A DNA stretch of 32,000 nt, taken from NCBI RefSeq assembly GCF_002310835.1, contig NZ_CP011041.1:2340001-2372000 (forward strand), written 5' to 3'. Below are positions 1-9,328 of this stretch, one piece after another. How positions within the stretch are numbered: position 1 is the stretch's first letter; each line of letters opens with the position of its first letter. Both the position numbers and the translations under genes were made by a program. The notes beneath the pieces are model-generated. The model worked only from the letters and a program-made list of their open reading frames with translations, did not search any database and was not told the DNA's origin. This DNA comes from Pseudoalteromonas tetraodonis (GTDB taxonomy: Bacteria; Pseudomonadota; Gammaproteobacteria; Enterobacterales; Alteromonadaceae).

Positions 1-1230
1 TTCATCGTCGTTTTGACCGCCTTGTAAAAATGCCTCTGGTGCTTGTTGAGCAATACCAAGTATTTCACCTAAGCTACGTAGAATAAAGGCTAAATGTCCT
101 GCTTTTTCGCTATCACTGTCTTTTACACGATTTAGCTCTTTAGCAACTTCAAACACAACCGGTAATGCTTCTGGCGAATTAAAGTCATCATTCATGGCTT
201 TTCTAAACTTAGCCACATACTCATTACCCTCAAGCTCACATTCAACTGGCTCAACGCCACGTAATGCGGTGTAAATACGCTCAAGAGACGAACGTGCTTG
301 GTCTAAGTTTTCTTGAGAGTAATTGAGCTGACTGCGGTAATGACCTGATATTAAAAAGTAACGAACCGACTCTGCGTCATATTGTTTTAATACCTCACGA
401 ACGGTAAAAAAGTTATCTAACGATTTAGACATCTTCTCTTTGTTCACTTGTACCATACCGGTGTGGATCCAAGTATTTACATACTGGCCATTATTTGCAC
501 AGCACGATTGCGCGATTTCGTTTTCGTGGTGCGGGAACTGTAGGTCTGAACCACCACCATGAATATCAAAATGCTCACCTAAATGCTTAGAGCTCATTGC
601 TGAACATTCTATGTGCCAACCAGGGCGACCCTCACCCCAAGGTGATGACCACGACGGCTCCCCTGCTTTGGCTTTTTTCCATAAAACAAAATCAAGAGGA
701 TCGTCTTTATCTTGAGCTACTTCAACACGCGAACCTGATTGCAACATGGTTAAATCTTGTTGCGAAAGAGCTCCGTATTGCTCAAAGGTAGAAACATCAA
801 ATAAAACGTCGCCATCGGCTGCAACATAAGCGTGGCCTTTGGCAATCAAACGCTCAACCATAGCAATAATTTCATCCATGTGGCCGGTTACGGTTGGCTC
901 TATATCAGGACGTAGCATATTTAAACTGTCAAAGTCTTCATGCATGGCTTTAGTCATACGCACGGTTAAGTCGTTAATCGCCTCACCGTTTTCATTTGCG
1001 CGCTTGATAATTTTATCATCAACATCGGTAATATTACGTACATACTTTAAATCGTAACCTAAGTGGCGAAGGTAGCGAACAATTACATCAAAACCCACAA
1101 ATGTGCGTGCATGGCCAATGTGACAGTAATCATAAATGGTGATACCACACACATACATGTCGATTTTTCCATCGACCATAGGTTTAAACTCTTCTTTTTG
1201 GCGTGTCAGTGTGTTGTATATTTGTACCAT
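1..1230 (-). CDS. cysS: cysteine--tRNA ligase; N-terminus complete, C-terminal end runs off the left edge of the window
   Basis: Absent from the ORF track because no stop lies inside the window. Reverse-strand translation from ATG 1230-1228 reads [17 protein letters not shown]...[19 protein letters not shown] (class I HIGH motif). Further on it reads ...[14 protein letters not shown] (KMSKS at about 421-435). Colinear with E. coli CysS as I remember it. Confidence 0.9.
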   Translation of the reverse strand, partial: MVQIYNTLTRQKEEFKPMVDGKIDMYVCGITIYDYCHIGHARTFVGFDVIVRYLRHLGYDLKYVRNITDVDDKIIKRANENGEAINDLTVRMTKAMHEDFDSLNMLRPDIEPTVTGHMDEIIAMVERLIAKGHAYVAADGDVLFDVSTFEQYGALSQQDLTMLQSGSRVEVAQDKDDPLDFVLWKKAKAGEPSWSSPWGEGRPGWHIECSAMSSKHLGEHFDIHGGGSDLQFPHHENEIAQSCCANNGQYVNTWIHTGMVQVNKEKMSKSLDNFFTVREVLKQYDAESVRYFLISGHYRSQLNYSQENLDQARSSLERIYTALRGVEPVECELEGNEYVAKFRKAMNDDFNSPEALPVVFEVAKELNRVKDSDSEKAGHLAFILRSLGEILGIAQQAPEAFLQGGQNDDE

Positions 1231-1374
1231 TTAGTTGCTTTCCTTCACGATTAACAGAAAAGCTATGTTACCACTTGCTAAGCATGGGCTCTAGCGGTTT
1301 ATCAAAGCTCTTTGTTAATCTGGGTCAACTACGATAAAATAGCGTCAATATTCAAACCAGCTATAGGAAATCTC

Positions 1375-1866
1375 ATGGTTGTTCTACACACAAATTTTGG
1401 TGATATCACCATTAAAATGCACGAAAGCGAAGCTCCAAATACAGTAAAAAACTTTTTAGAGTATGCAAACTCAGGTTTTTATAACGGCACTATTTTTCAT
1501 CGTGTAATTGATGGTTTTATGGTTCAAGGCGGTGGTTTTGCACCGGGTATGGAACAAAAAGAAGTAAACGACCCAATTGAAAATGAAGCGAACAACGGCC
1601 TATCTAACAAAGTAGGTACATTAGCAATGGCACGCACGCCTGATCCACACTCGGCTACAGCGCAATTTTTCATTAACGTGAATAACAACGACTTTTTAAA
1701 CCACAGCAGTGAAACATCACAGGGCTGGGGTTACTGTGTGTTTGCTGAAGTAGTAGAAGGCATGGACGTAGTAAATAAAATCAAAGGTGTTGCTACAGGC
1801 AGCAATGGCTTCCACCAAGATGTACCACTTGAAGATGTGGTAATTGAAAGTGTAACTGTCAGCTAA
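1375..1866 (+). CDS. ppiB: peptidyl-prolyl cis-trans isomerase B (cyclophilin type)
   Basis: The track ORF 1312..1866 opens with a TTG. The ATG at 1375 gives [30 protein letters not shown]...[15 protein letters not shown]...GTLAMART...[11 protein letters not shown], colinear with E. coli PpiB from its first residue. Confidence 0.9.
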   Translation: MVVLHTNFGDITIKMHESEAPNTVKNFLEYANSGFYNGTIFHRVIDGFMVQGGGFAPGMEQKEVNDPIENEANNGLSNKVGTLAMARTPDPHSATAQFFINVNNNDFLNHSSETSQGWGYCVFAEVVEGMDVVNKIKGVATGSNGFHQDVPLEDVVIESVTVS

Positions 1867-1893
1867 GACCGCATTATTCTTCAAAGAATACAT

Positions 1894-1916
1894 AAAGCGG
1901 GTATTCACCCGCTTTT
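1894..1916 (+). terminator. stem-loop downstream of ppiB, probable rho-independent terminator
   Basis: AAAGCGGGT (1894-1902) pairs with ACCCGCTTT (1907-1915) across an ATTC loop, followed by a short T run. It lies 28 nt after the ppiB stop. Confidence 0.55.
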
Positions 1917-1933
1917 ATCTAAATGGAATCACC

Positions 1934-2668
1934 ATGACTCGCCAAACCTACTTTATCGCCGATTTACATTTGAGTGAAAATCGCCCTGATATTACAGCGG
2001 CATTTTTTAAATTTTTACACGCCCATATTACTCCTCAAAAAGTAGACGCCCTATATATTTTAGGTGATTTTTTTGAAGTGTGGGTTGGTGACGATTATGT
2101 TAGCGAACTCTCAGCGGCAGTGGCAGAACAGCTAAAAGCGGTTAATAACTTAGGTATTCCTATTTATTTTGTACACGGTAATCGCGACTTTATCATGCGA
2201 GAACAGTACGCCAATATGGCAGGAATGACCTTACTGAATGAGCAAACAGTGATCGACCTCTACGGCACTCCTACTGTCATTTTGCACGGTGATGAAATGT
2301 GTACCCAGGATGTTGAGTACCAAAAGTTTCGTCGAAAGAGCCGTGGTTGGTGGTGGCCTAAACTTATGCTTGCTATGCCATTGTGGTATCGTAAAAAAAT
2401 AGCGCGTGATGCACGTGAAAAAAGTAAACTTAGCCAAGCAGACAAACCTATAGAAATACTGGATGTAGTGCAAAGCGCAGTACTCGAAACCTTCGCCAAA
2501 CATAACGTGGCTAATATGATCCACGGCCATACTCACCGCCCTGATGTACATACCTATGAAGTTAATAACCAAACGCTTACTCGCACAGTATTGGGCGATT
2601 GGTATACTCAAGGTTCGTATTTAGTGGTTACCCCTGATTCTCAAGAGTTAGTTTCGACCCCCTTGTAG
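1934..2668 (+). CDS. lpxH: UDP-2,3-diacylglucosamine diphosphatase
   Basis: 244-aa ORF with calcineurin-like metallophosphoesterase motifs: FIADLHL, ILGDFFEVWVGDD, VHGNRDF, LHGDEMC, IHGHTHRP. The ppiB-lpxH neighbourhood matches enterobacteria. Confidence 0.9.
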   Translation: MTRQTYFIADLHLSENRPDITAAFFKFLHAHITPQKVDALYILGDFFEVWVGDDYVSELSAAVAEQLKAVNNLGIPIYFVHGNRDFIMREQYANMAGMTLLNEQTVIDLYGTPTVILHGDEMCTQDVEYQKFRRKSRGWWWPKLMLAMPLWYRKKIARDAREKSKLSQADKPIEILDVVQSAVLETFAKHNVANMIHGHTHRPDVHTYEVNNQTLTRTVLGDWYTQGSYLVVTPDSQELVSTPL

Positions 2669-2687
2669 GGTTTTTAGCCTTTATTGA

Positions 2688-4625
2688 CTAACCGTAATGA
2701 GACTTTGCTTTTAAGTCAGGTAAAGTAATAATAAATTGCGTTTTAAAATAGGTATCGCTTTGTGGTTCTGAATGAAGTTTGATGTCCCCTTTTAAAATCT
2801 GGGTTACCCATTGATAAACCATATATAAACCTAAACCCGTGTTACCTTTACCTCTAGCTGTAGTATAAAAGGGTTCAAATATATCTGCCTTTATCTCACC
2901 ATCAACACCTTTGCCATTATCTGACACGCTCAGCCTCACCCTATGATTAGTCGCTTGTTCGACTTTTATTTCTATTACCCCTTCCTGCTTTTCATCAAAA
3001 GCATGGTTTAGCGCATTAACCACTAAGTTTTCGACAACCTGAGAAATAATACCTGGCAAGCTAATCATCTGTTTATTAAGTAAAAAAACAGTTTTCACTT
3101 TTATTGGCGAGTTTTTTAACCTGGAGTTTAATGACAATAATAGCTCTTCAATAATTTTTTCAATATCACATGCTATAAATTCATCATTATGGCGATCAAT
3201 CGCCATTTTTTTAAAACTTTTTACTAATACGGCGGTTTTATTTAAATTAATTTTAGCCAGCGCTAGGTTCTCTCCAATACTTGTTGTAGTACATTCTAAC
3301 GTTGATTTAGTCAGCCCCTGTTTCATCGCTTCATTTAATTTATTCAATGCCATATCTGCATTTGAAACAGAAATAACGGCTCCACCGATAGGCGTATTCA
3401 TTTCATGAGCAACACCTGCCACGAGCAACCCTAATGAGGATAGTTTTTGCGCTTCAATTAACCCTTCTTGCAGTTGCTGCTGCTGCTTAATTGTGGCATC
3501 AAGCTCACGGTTAACGATATCTAGTTCTATCTTTTCAATATGTAATTTATGTGACAGGGCTAATAGCTGATTTTGAAACTTATACTCACGATAAATAAAA
3601 CCAAAGCTAATTAAACATAGTAATCCACTGCAAATTAACGCTAACCGTAAGGCCGCATTTCGTACAGTTATTAACAATTCATTGGGGCTACTTATAAGAA
3701 TAATTAATTCTTTGTCAGCATTGCTAATTCTACCTTTGTTCTCGCGCAACGAAAAAATAGAAAAACGGCGGTAGGTATAAAGACTATGGTTAAAAAAGTG
3801 CGAACCATATTCTACATTGCCATCAATAATTTGCTGCCAAAGCTCTGGTTTTTTTAAAGCGAGTGTTTGCTCATTTTTACCATACATAAACCCCCACTCT
3901 AATTCAGCATCAGTATTTAATAACCAAAAGCCATCGTGGTTTAAAATGCTAATTAAAGTGCTCTCTTGGTTGTAACTTTTAATCTGATCAAACAAATAAT
4001 CTAAGTTAAAGTTTACCACTAGCAAACCATCTAATAGGTAATTTTCTTTATCCGTACGATAGGTTACACGGATTGTTGGTTGATGAGGCATTACAATTTG
4101 GTTGCGTTCGATATTTAAATCTATTTCTGTGGCAAAAATGTCAGGCGCACTGACCTGCATCCCTTTTTGAAAGTAGTAACGGGTTTGCTTATTTTGCAAC
4201 TCATCAGGCGATACAATTTCGCCAATACCATTGGCTGCGTTAATGCGGTATTGCTCTTGGCCTTGTGTATCTAGCCAGCGAATTTGCGCGATATTAGTAG
4301 AGATAGCAGCAAAATTTAAAAAATAGTTATTTATTTCATCTCTTCTTTGCTTTGATTGTATAGGCTTGTTTGGTGTGTCGCTTTTTAAAATCGGCCCTTG
4401 GGCCAGGATACGCGTAAGCTTTTTAATACTACTGAGCTCTTTAGAAAAATCTCCACTGATAAGGACTAACTTTTCATCTTGCTTAGCTTTTATGGTGTTT
4501 ATTTTTTCTTGATATGTTTGTTCGTATATAAGCCAGCCAATAAATAAAGTGATAAATAAACTGAACGAAGACTTTAATAACACACTTTTTTTTGAGCCGA
4601 CCGGCAAGCTGTTAAGGCTATTCAT
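2688..4625 (-). CDS. membrane sensor histidine kinase with a large periplasmic sensor region between two TM segments
   Basis: 645 aa. N-terminal hydrophobic segment FSLFITLFIGWLIY and a second TM LALICSGLLCLISFGFIY. Coiled coil, then H-box GVAHEMNTPIG. HATPase N and G boxes (VVNALNHAF, DNGKGV, TGLGL). Its ATG overlaps the upstream response-regulator stop by 8 nt. Confidence 0.85.
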   Translation of the reverse strand: MNSLNSLPVGSKKSVLLKSSFSLFITLFIGWLIYEQTYQEKINTIKAKQDEKLVLISGDFSKELSSIKKLTRILAQGPILKSDTPNKPIQSKQRRDEINNYFLNFAAISTNIAQIRWLDTQGQEQYRINAANGIGEIVSPDELQNKQTRYYFQKGMQVSAPDIFATEIDLNIERNQIVMPHQPTIRVTYRTDKENYLLDGLLVVNFNLDYLFDQIKSYNQESTLISILNHDGFWLLNTDAELEWGFMYGKNEQTLALKKPELWQQIIDGNVEYGSHFFNHSLYTYRRFSIFSLRENKGRISNADKELIILISSPNELLITVRNAALRLALICSGLLCLISFGFIYREYKFQNQLLALSHKLHIEKIELDIVNRELDATIKQQQQLQEGLIEAQKLSSLGLLVAGVAHEMNTPIGGAVISVSNADMALNKLNEAMKQGLTKSTLECTTTSIGENLALAKINLNKTAVLVKSFKKMAIDRHNDEFIACDIEKIIEELLLSLNSRLKNSPIKVKTVFLLNKQMISLPGIISQVVENLVVNALNHAFDEKQEGVIEIKVEQATNHRVRLSVSDNGKGVDGEIKADIFEPFYTTARGKGNTGLGLYMVYQWVTQILKGDIKLHSEPQSDTYFKTQFIITLPDLKAKSHYG

Positions 4626-6846
4626 TCTTACTCACTTCAAACTGTTTTAGCCACACAATTAAATCTTTTAAAAATAATGGTTTAGAAAAGTAGTATCCTT
4701 GAGCAGTTTCGCACCCCTGCTGATGTAACCACTGAGCCTCAAATTCATTCTCAACACCTTCAGCAATTACCGAGAAGTTAAACTGATTCGCTAAAGATAA
4801 TATCATCTTAATCATGTACTGATTGTTGTCATTAAATTCAAGATCACTAACAAAGTAGCGATCTATTTTTATCGACGTAGACGGTATTTCATTAATGTGA
4901 GCTAACGACGAGTAACCAGTGCCAAAGTCATCAATGCTGACTTTCATACCTAAGGCGATAAACCGTTCAAGTGCTTCTTTAATTAAGTTATAGTTACTTA
5001 TGGCTTGCGTTTCTGTCACCTCTAGCTCAAGCATAGAAGGCAGAATGTTGTACTCTTCAATTTTAGTTTTTATTTGCTCAAAGTAACTAGGTTCAACTAA
5101 ATCATAAGAGGATGCATTAAATGCAACGGGTAAGTTGCAGCCTTGCTCTTTAAGTTGATTAATAGTCTCTAGTATTTTTTCGAAAATTACATGGTCTAGT
5201 TCATTAATTAATCCGGCTGTTTCAGCTAACTCTATAAATTCATCAGGGCGTACAAAGCTGCCATCAGCTCTTTGCCACCTAGCGAGCGCTTCAAAACCTG
5301 CTGGTTTCAAGGTTGATAAGCTGATTTTGGGTTGTAACGCCACCTGTAAACTTTTATTACCTATAGCCGTTCTGAGCTCAGCCATCAGTTCATAACGACG
5401 AGTAATTTGATCTGTTTTTTCCTCGGTATGCTGAATATACTTAGTTTGGTTTAGCTGCGAAGAGTTCAGGCTCGACTCTGCAAGGCTGATTACTTTTTCA
5501 GGTGTTAAGTTTAAAGCTACATTTAATTTTAATTCTAAAATACGGACATCAATGTATTGCTTAACTTGTTCAATTTCGAATTTTTGTTTATTTTGAAAGT
5601 AACTAACTGCATTTGAGATATCAAAGTCAACGCTCACTAACATGCCAAACGCTTTGTTACTAATCAATGCTATACGGGGGTCATACCTAGTAAAGCTATC
5701 AACAATACTCTGGTAAACTAACTTCATTAATTTATTACAAAATTCATGACCAAAGGTGAATGCTTTTTCGTCAAACTGATAAATATCAAAAATGACCAAT
5801 CGCGTTTTTAGCCGCTCCTGCGCATTCATGTTCTTTATTTCACGGGTTAGCCAGTTACGGTTTTGCAAGTTAAGTGACACATCGGTATAAGCAAGCTCGG
5901 TTAAGCGATTTAATAACGAAATATTAGCAAATCCTGTGCTCACATTTTCACTAAATACTTTAAGTAAATATTCGTTTTGCTCACTAATTGGGTTGTCTGA
6001 TTTGACGATAGTTATGTAATCAGCGCCCTGCTGATCTGGCGTTTCGAAAAAAAACACACTGTGGTGCTTTGAAAAAATATGACGACGCTCTCTAATCGCT
6101 TGTTTAAAGTCTTGCAGCATTTCTGCAGGCAGATTAGGTCCCACAGGTTGCCCTTTAATGCCACTAAAGCAACCATGGGTTGAGAGTATTAAACATTCAG
6201 AGCAAGGGTTTGAATTACTCGAACAAAAAATACCACCACCTTCGGTTATTTTTAAAATGTTGCTAATTTCTTTAAGCACAGCATAAGAGAAAGAGGCCAT
6301 ATCGTGCTTACCGTTAATACTTCTAGATGCATCAAGCACCAACTGTAAACCTTGCTTGGCTGACCTAATTTGTGAGATATACTCCCAAGTGCGCATGTTG
6401 CTATTAACAATTGATTGCAGCTTCTCGGCAGATAGGTCTGATTTATTCCAGTATTCATCGATATCGAGCATTTTCATGATATCGCTCTCTGGTGCAAAAC
6501 CAGGTTGCCCTGTTAAGAGCACAATACGCATTTCTGCGTTACCGATGACCTCTCGAATAGTATTCACTAAACGCAGACCTGAGTCATCCTCCTCCATCAC
6601 CACATCTATAAAAATAAGTGCAATATCAGGGTGCATGCTCAACGCCAAAGCCGCCTCTGGTACCGAATTTGCTGTTAACAACTCGTATTTATAACCATCT
6701 TTGGCTTTTAGCTCTTTTAAGCTGTTAACTAACGCGTTTTGATAATCAAGATCATCCTCAACGGTTAATATTTTCCAAGTTTTCAGATCTGTATCTGCTG
6801 GTTCTTCTTCAGCTGCAAATACAAATAATCCCTCTTTATCTTGCAT
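4618..6846 (-). CDS. response regulator: REC + GAF-like linker + degenerate GGDEF + intact EAL (c-di-GMP phosphodiesterase type)
   Basis: 742 aa. REC region: ILTVEDD...LIFIDVVM...LLTG. GGDEF-like fold lacks the signature (LISNKAFGML in place of GGDEF). EAL motifs are intact: FEALARW, FNAS, LEVTE, DDFGTGYSSL, KIDRYF, AEGVENE, AQGYYFSKP. Confidence 0.85.
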   Translation of the reverse strand: MQDKEGLFVFAAEEEPADTDLKTWKILTVEDDLDYQNALVNSLKELKAKDGYKYELLTANSVPEAALALSMHPDIALIFIDVVMEEDDSGLRLVNTIREVIGNAEMRIVLLTGQPGFAPESDIMKMLDIDEYWNKSDLSAEKLQSIVNSNMRTWEYISQIRSAKQGLQLVLDASRSINGKHDMASFSYAVLKEISNILKITEGGGIFCSSNSNPCSECLILSTHGCFSGIKGQPVGPNLPAEMLQDFKQAIRERRHIFSKHHSVFFFETPDQQGADYITIVKSDNPISEQNEYLLKVFSENVSTGFANISLLNRLTELAYTDVSLNLQNRNWLTREIKNMNAQERLKTRLVIFDIYQFDEKAFTFGHEFCNKLMKLVYQSIVDSFTRYDPRIALISNKAFGMLVSVDFDISNAVSYFQNKQKFEIEQVKQYIDVRILELKLNVALNLTPEKVISLAESSLNSSQLNQTKYIQHTEEKTDQITRRYELMAELRTAIGNKSLQVALQPKISLSTLKPAGFEALARWQRADGSFVRPDEFIELAETAGLINELDHVIFEKILETINQLKEQGCNLPVAFNASSYDLVEPSYFEQIKTKIEEYNILPSMLELEVTETQAISNYNLIKEALERFIALGMKVSIDDFGTGYSSLAHINEIPSTSIKIDRYFVSDLEFNDNNQYMIKMILSLANQFNFSVIAEGVENEFEAQWLHQQGCETAQGYYFSKPLFLKDLIVWLKQFEVSKNE

Positions 6847-7001
6847 ACATTCTCACCCAATAATAAATAAGGTATGGCCCTTTTATTAAAATGAATTACA
6901 AAGCAATATAGACCGTTGATAACTCAAAATTCGACTTGCTTAAATATTAGGAGAGAGTTTTGGAAGTGTCTAATTTAAAAATAATTTTGATACTAAAGTA
7001 T

Positions 7002-7032
7002 GTGCTACAACAACATAACCCATTTGTAGCAC
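7002..7032 (-). terminator. hairpin just downstream of the host miaE stop, possible terminator
   Basis: GTGCTACA (7002-7009) and TGTAGCAC (7025-7032) form an 8-bp stem with a 15-nt loop. On the minus strand it is followed by a moderately T-rich stretch. Confidence 0.35.
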
Positions 7033-7041
7033 TTAAGTATA

Positions 7042-7707
7042 CTAAGCACTTTTACTTAACGGTGTTCCACTGTGAAACTTAAAGTCTTCGTCATCAGATA
7101 AAATTAACTGTGCTTCTATTTCAGCAAATTCTTTTACCCGCTCGGTAATATCAAAATCAGCAATGTCTTGAGCAAGGGTTAAATAATCTTGGTAATGACG
7201 TGCCTCAGAGCGCAGCAATGAAATATAAAAATCCCCTAAGCGTTTATCTACATGGGGTGCAAGCTTGGCAAAGCGTTCACACGAGCGAGCTTCTATGTAA
7301 GCACCTACAATAAGCTTATCAACTAAGGCATTAGGCTCAAACGTTTTAACATTGCGTAGCATGCCTTTGGCATAACGACATGGCGTTATACTTTTATATT
7401 CAACACCGTATTCATCCATAATTTCGAGCACTTGATAGAAATGATGCAGCTCTTCTTTTATCAGCATTACCATTTTATCAATTAAATCTTGGCCATAAGG
7501 CGAGTTAGATTTAGGGATAATGGATTTAGTGAGTTTATTTTTAGCCGCTAAATCACGCCAATTTCCCTCACGTTTATAAATAAGCGTTTCAAACGGTTTA
7601 AGCCATTCAAGCAGTGCATCACTGCTCTCTTTATCTACCGCATACTTACGAATTAAAAACATGGCACTTTGCGCCGCTTTTAATTCATTAAATGTAAATA
7701 TGTGCAT
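7042..7707 (-). pseudogene. miaE: 3' part of the host miaE, cut off from its 5' end by the island; the apparent ATG at 7707 is island-derived
   Basis: The ORF reads MHIFTFNEL|KAAQSAMFLIRKY...EELHHF...EARSCERF...SEARHY (ferritin-like di-iron motifs). From K10 onward it is colinear with residues 48-257 of the intact paralogue at 18020..18793. The first 9 codons have no counterpart there and lie inside the island arm. Confidence 0.8.
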
Positions 7708-7714
7708 ATATAAA
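7701..7714. repeat. left terminal inverted repeat of the island (TGTGCATATATAAA)
   Basis: Exact reverse complement of 20487-20500. Confidence 0.8.
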
Positions 7715-7840
7715 TAGCAATATATTTATCAAGTAGTTAATGAAAAATTATGCTGGGATAGTTTTTATTTGCGAATAGAATTAAATTCATATTCGTACAG
7801 AGTAAGATAGAACGTAAACAATTTTGAAAGCGTGTGGAAT

Positions 7841-9262
7841 CTATCCAGTGTTCGCCTTAGTGAATTGATAAAAATGTTTTTTTAGTAATGATTTTGAAAT
7901 ATTGGTTTTAGATTGACCTAAACTGTTGCCTTTCAAACCCCTATAGTATTTATCTCTGACTTTATCAGAAACGACTATTTTCAAAGTCTGCGGCTCGATT
8001 GATATTAAAAACCTGTCAAATAGTCGATGTATATCGACTCTGAGACATAGTCCATTTTGCAACAGATTGGATTGTTCTCCTTTGTAAGGAATAATATGGG
8101 CAGCTTCTAACAAAGCCAGCTCAGCACATCCTGATACGGCACATTTTGAATAAAAGTTATCAAGAGTTAATGATCTAAATCCCTGCTGGCCAACCCTTGT
8201 AACTTGGCTCCTAGTGACTCTATCCCTGTTATCTTCTGTTAACGCATGTAGGCTCACTTGCTCTTTATCATCTATTTTTGTGTGAACATTTTCTGTTAAC
8301 TTATCAATATCTTCTTCATCAATGTCAAAATCTAAATCAAGAATTTGGGGGTGTTCTAAAAAGGCTTTCCAGTGTTTTTTCTGGCTATCAATTTTTGTAG
8401 ATTTTCTAATAATAGCTAATGCTTCACATGCCGCAGATATTGAAGAAAATGAGTAATTGCGCTCTTCCCATAATTTTAAAATACGCTTTAAAGGAAGCTG
8501 CACAACTTCAGATCTATTATATTTTTTTCTGTGAAACGGATTGATTGTGATTATCTGATCATTTTGAGGATTTTCTGCTAACTCAATATCCTTTAACTTT
8601 CTTTCAAATTCACTGATCAAATCATGATTTAAGTAGCTTTCCCAACCCTTATAGTTCTTAATATTACCATCATTAACATTCTTAATAGCCAATATTTCTG
8701 CCGCAGCTTCTTTTGTACCACATAACTTTAACCTGTGATGCCAAACTAACTCTACCTCCTCTAAAGTAAGCTCAGTTACATCTTCAGGGTCAAACACATA
8801 TAGGTGCAGTGGCAGGTTATGTTTTACTTGGGTAGCAGTAGTCTCTTTATTTGGCGTATCTATTGTTTCGTAAAGATCATTTGAGCTCATTGATAAAGCA
8901 AAATCATCATCGAGATCTAAATCATCATCTAAAGGTATTTCCGTACTCTGCTTTTCTAAAAGGTATCGCTCGACATTAAAAGATGGACCAGGATTAATTT
9001 TTCTTTTAGTTTTATTATTCTTTTTTCCTTTATGCTCGGCATAAGCCTGTTTAGCTTTATTAAAATCAACAATATTTAAAAACTTCTTGAAAGCACTAAA
9101 ATTTTCTTTATTTTCATAAGCTACTTTAAGAGCTTTCTTCTCACTTTTAGTTAACATGAATTCATGTTTCGCTAGTAGGTGAAATAAGTCGTTTATGCTT
9201 TTCCCTTTAGAATAATATTCAAAGATATCTTTTTTTATTCCAATAACAGTACGCTTCATCAT
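7841..9262 (-). CDS. orphan protein: tandem HTH-like modules + acidic linkers + C-terminal McrA/HNH_2-type nuclease domain
   Basis: 473 aa. C-terminus reads RVGQQGFRSLTLDNFYSKCAVSGCAELALLEAAHIIPY...LLQNGLCLRVDIHRLFDRFLISI. This is the pattern I know from ScoMcrA-like HNH_2 nucleases; putative triad H389/N403/H412. Residues ~155-213 and ~247-304 are an internal duplication. The gene is visibly more AT-rich than the adjacent hsd genes. Confidence 0.7.
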   Translation of the reverse strand: MMKRTVIGIKKDIFEYYSKGKSINDLFHLLAKHEFMLTKSEKKALKVAYENKENFSAFKKFLNIVDFNKAKQAYAEHKGKKNNKTKRKINPGPSFNVERYLLEKQSTEIPLDDDLDLDDDFALSMSSNDLYETIDTPNKETTATQVKHNLPLHLYVFDPEDVTELTLEEVELVWHHRLKLCGTKEAAAEILAIKNVNDGNIKNYKGWESYLNHDLISEFERKLKDIELAENPQNDQIITINPFHRKKYNRSEVVQLPLKRILKLWEERNYSFSSISAACEALAIIRKSTKIDSQKKHWKAFLEHPQILDLDFDIDEEDIDKLTENVHTKIDDKEQVSLHALTEDNRDRVTRSQVTRVGQQGFRSLTLDNFYSKCAVSGCAELALLEAAHIIPYKGEQSNLLQNGLCLRVDIHRLFDRFLISIEPQTLKIVVSDKVRDKYYRGLKGNSLGQSKTNISKSLLKKHFYQFTKANTG

Positions 9263-9328
9263 AATTCTCTAAATAGATCTATATTTTGATATTATCTACA
9301 TCTTTAATATAACTCGCGAAATTCCTAT

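Noticed and set aside
597-1254. Plus-strand ORFs 597..791, 839..1057 and 1063..1254
   Set aside because: They are antisense to a full-length, strongly conserved cysS reading frame and have no motifs.
1312-1374. N-terminal extension of ppiB from the TTG at 1312
   Set aside because: Homology to PpiB begins exactly at the ATG at 1375 ([11 protein letters not shown]). The extension has no counterpart.
7681-7700. Alternative crossover at the GA in AATGA, which is shared by both junctions and is the symmetry centre of CATTTAAT-GA-ATTAAATG in the deduced attP
   Set aside because: It would require the right junction to read GAATTAAATGATAA, but the sequence shows GAGCTCAATGATAA. GAGCTC is therefore host-derived and the exchange must lie at or after the following AA. 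It would also add three codons to the reconstructed MiaE relative to the paralogue.
7773-7797. Imperfect hairpin (CGAATAGAATT/AATTCATATTCG) downstream of the HNH gene as its terminator
   Set aside because: The stem is bulged and no T run follows on the minus strand.
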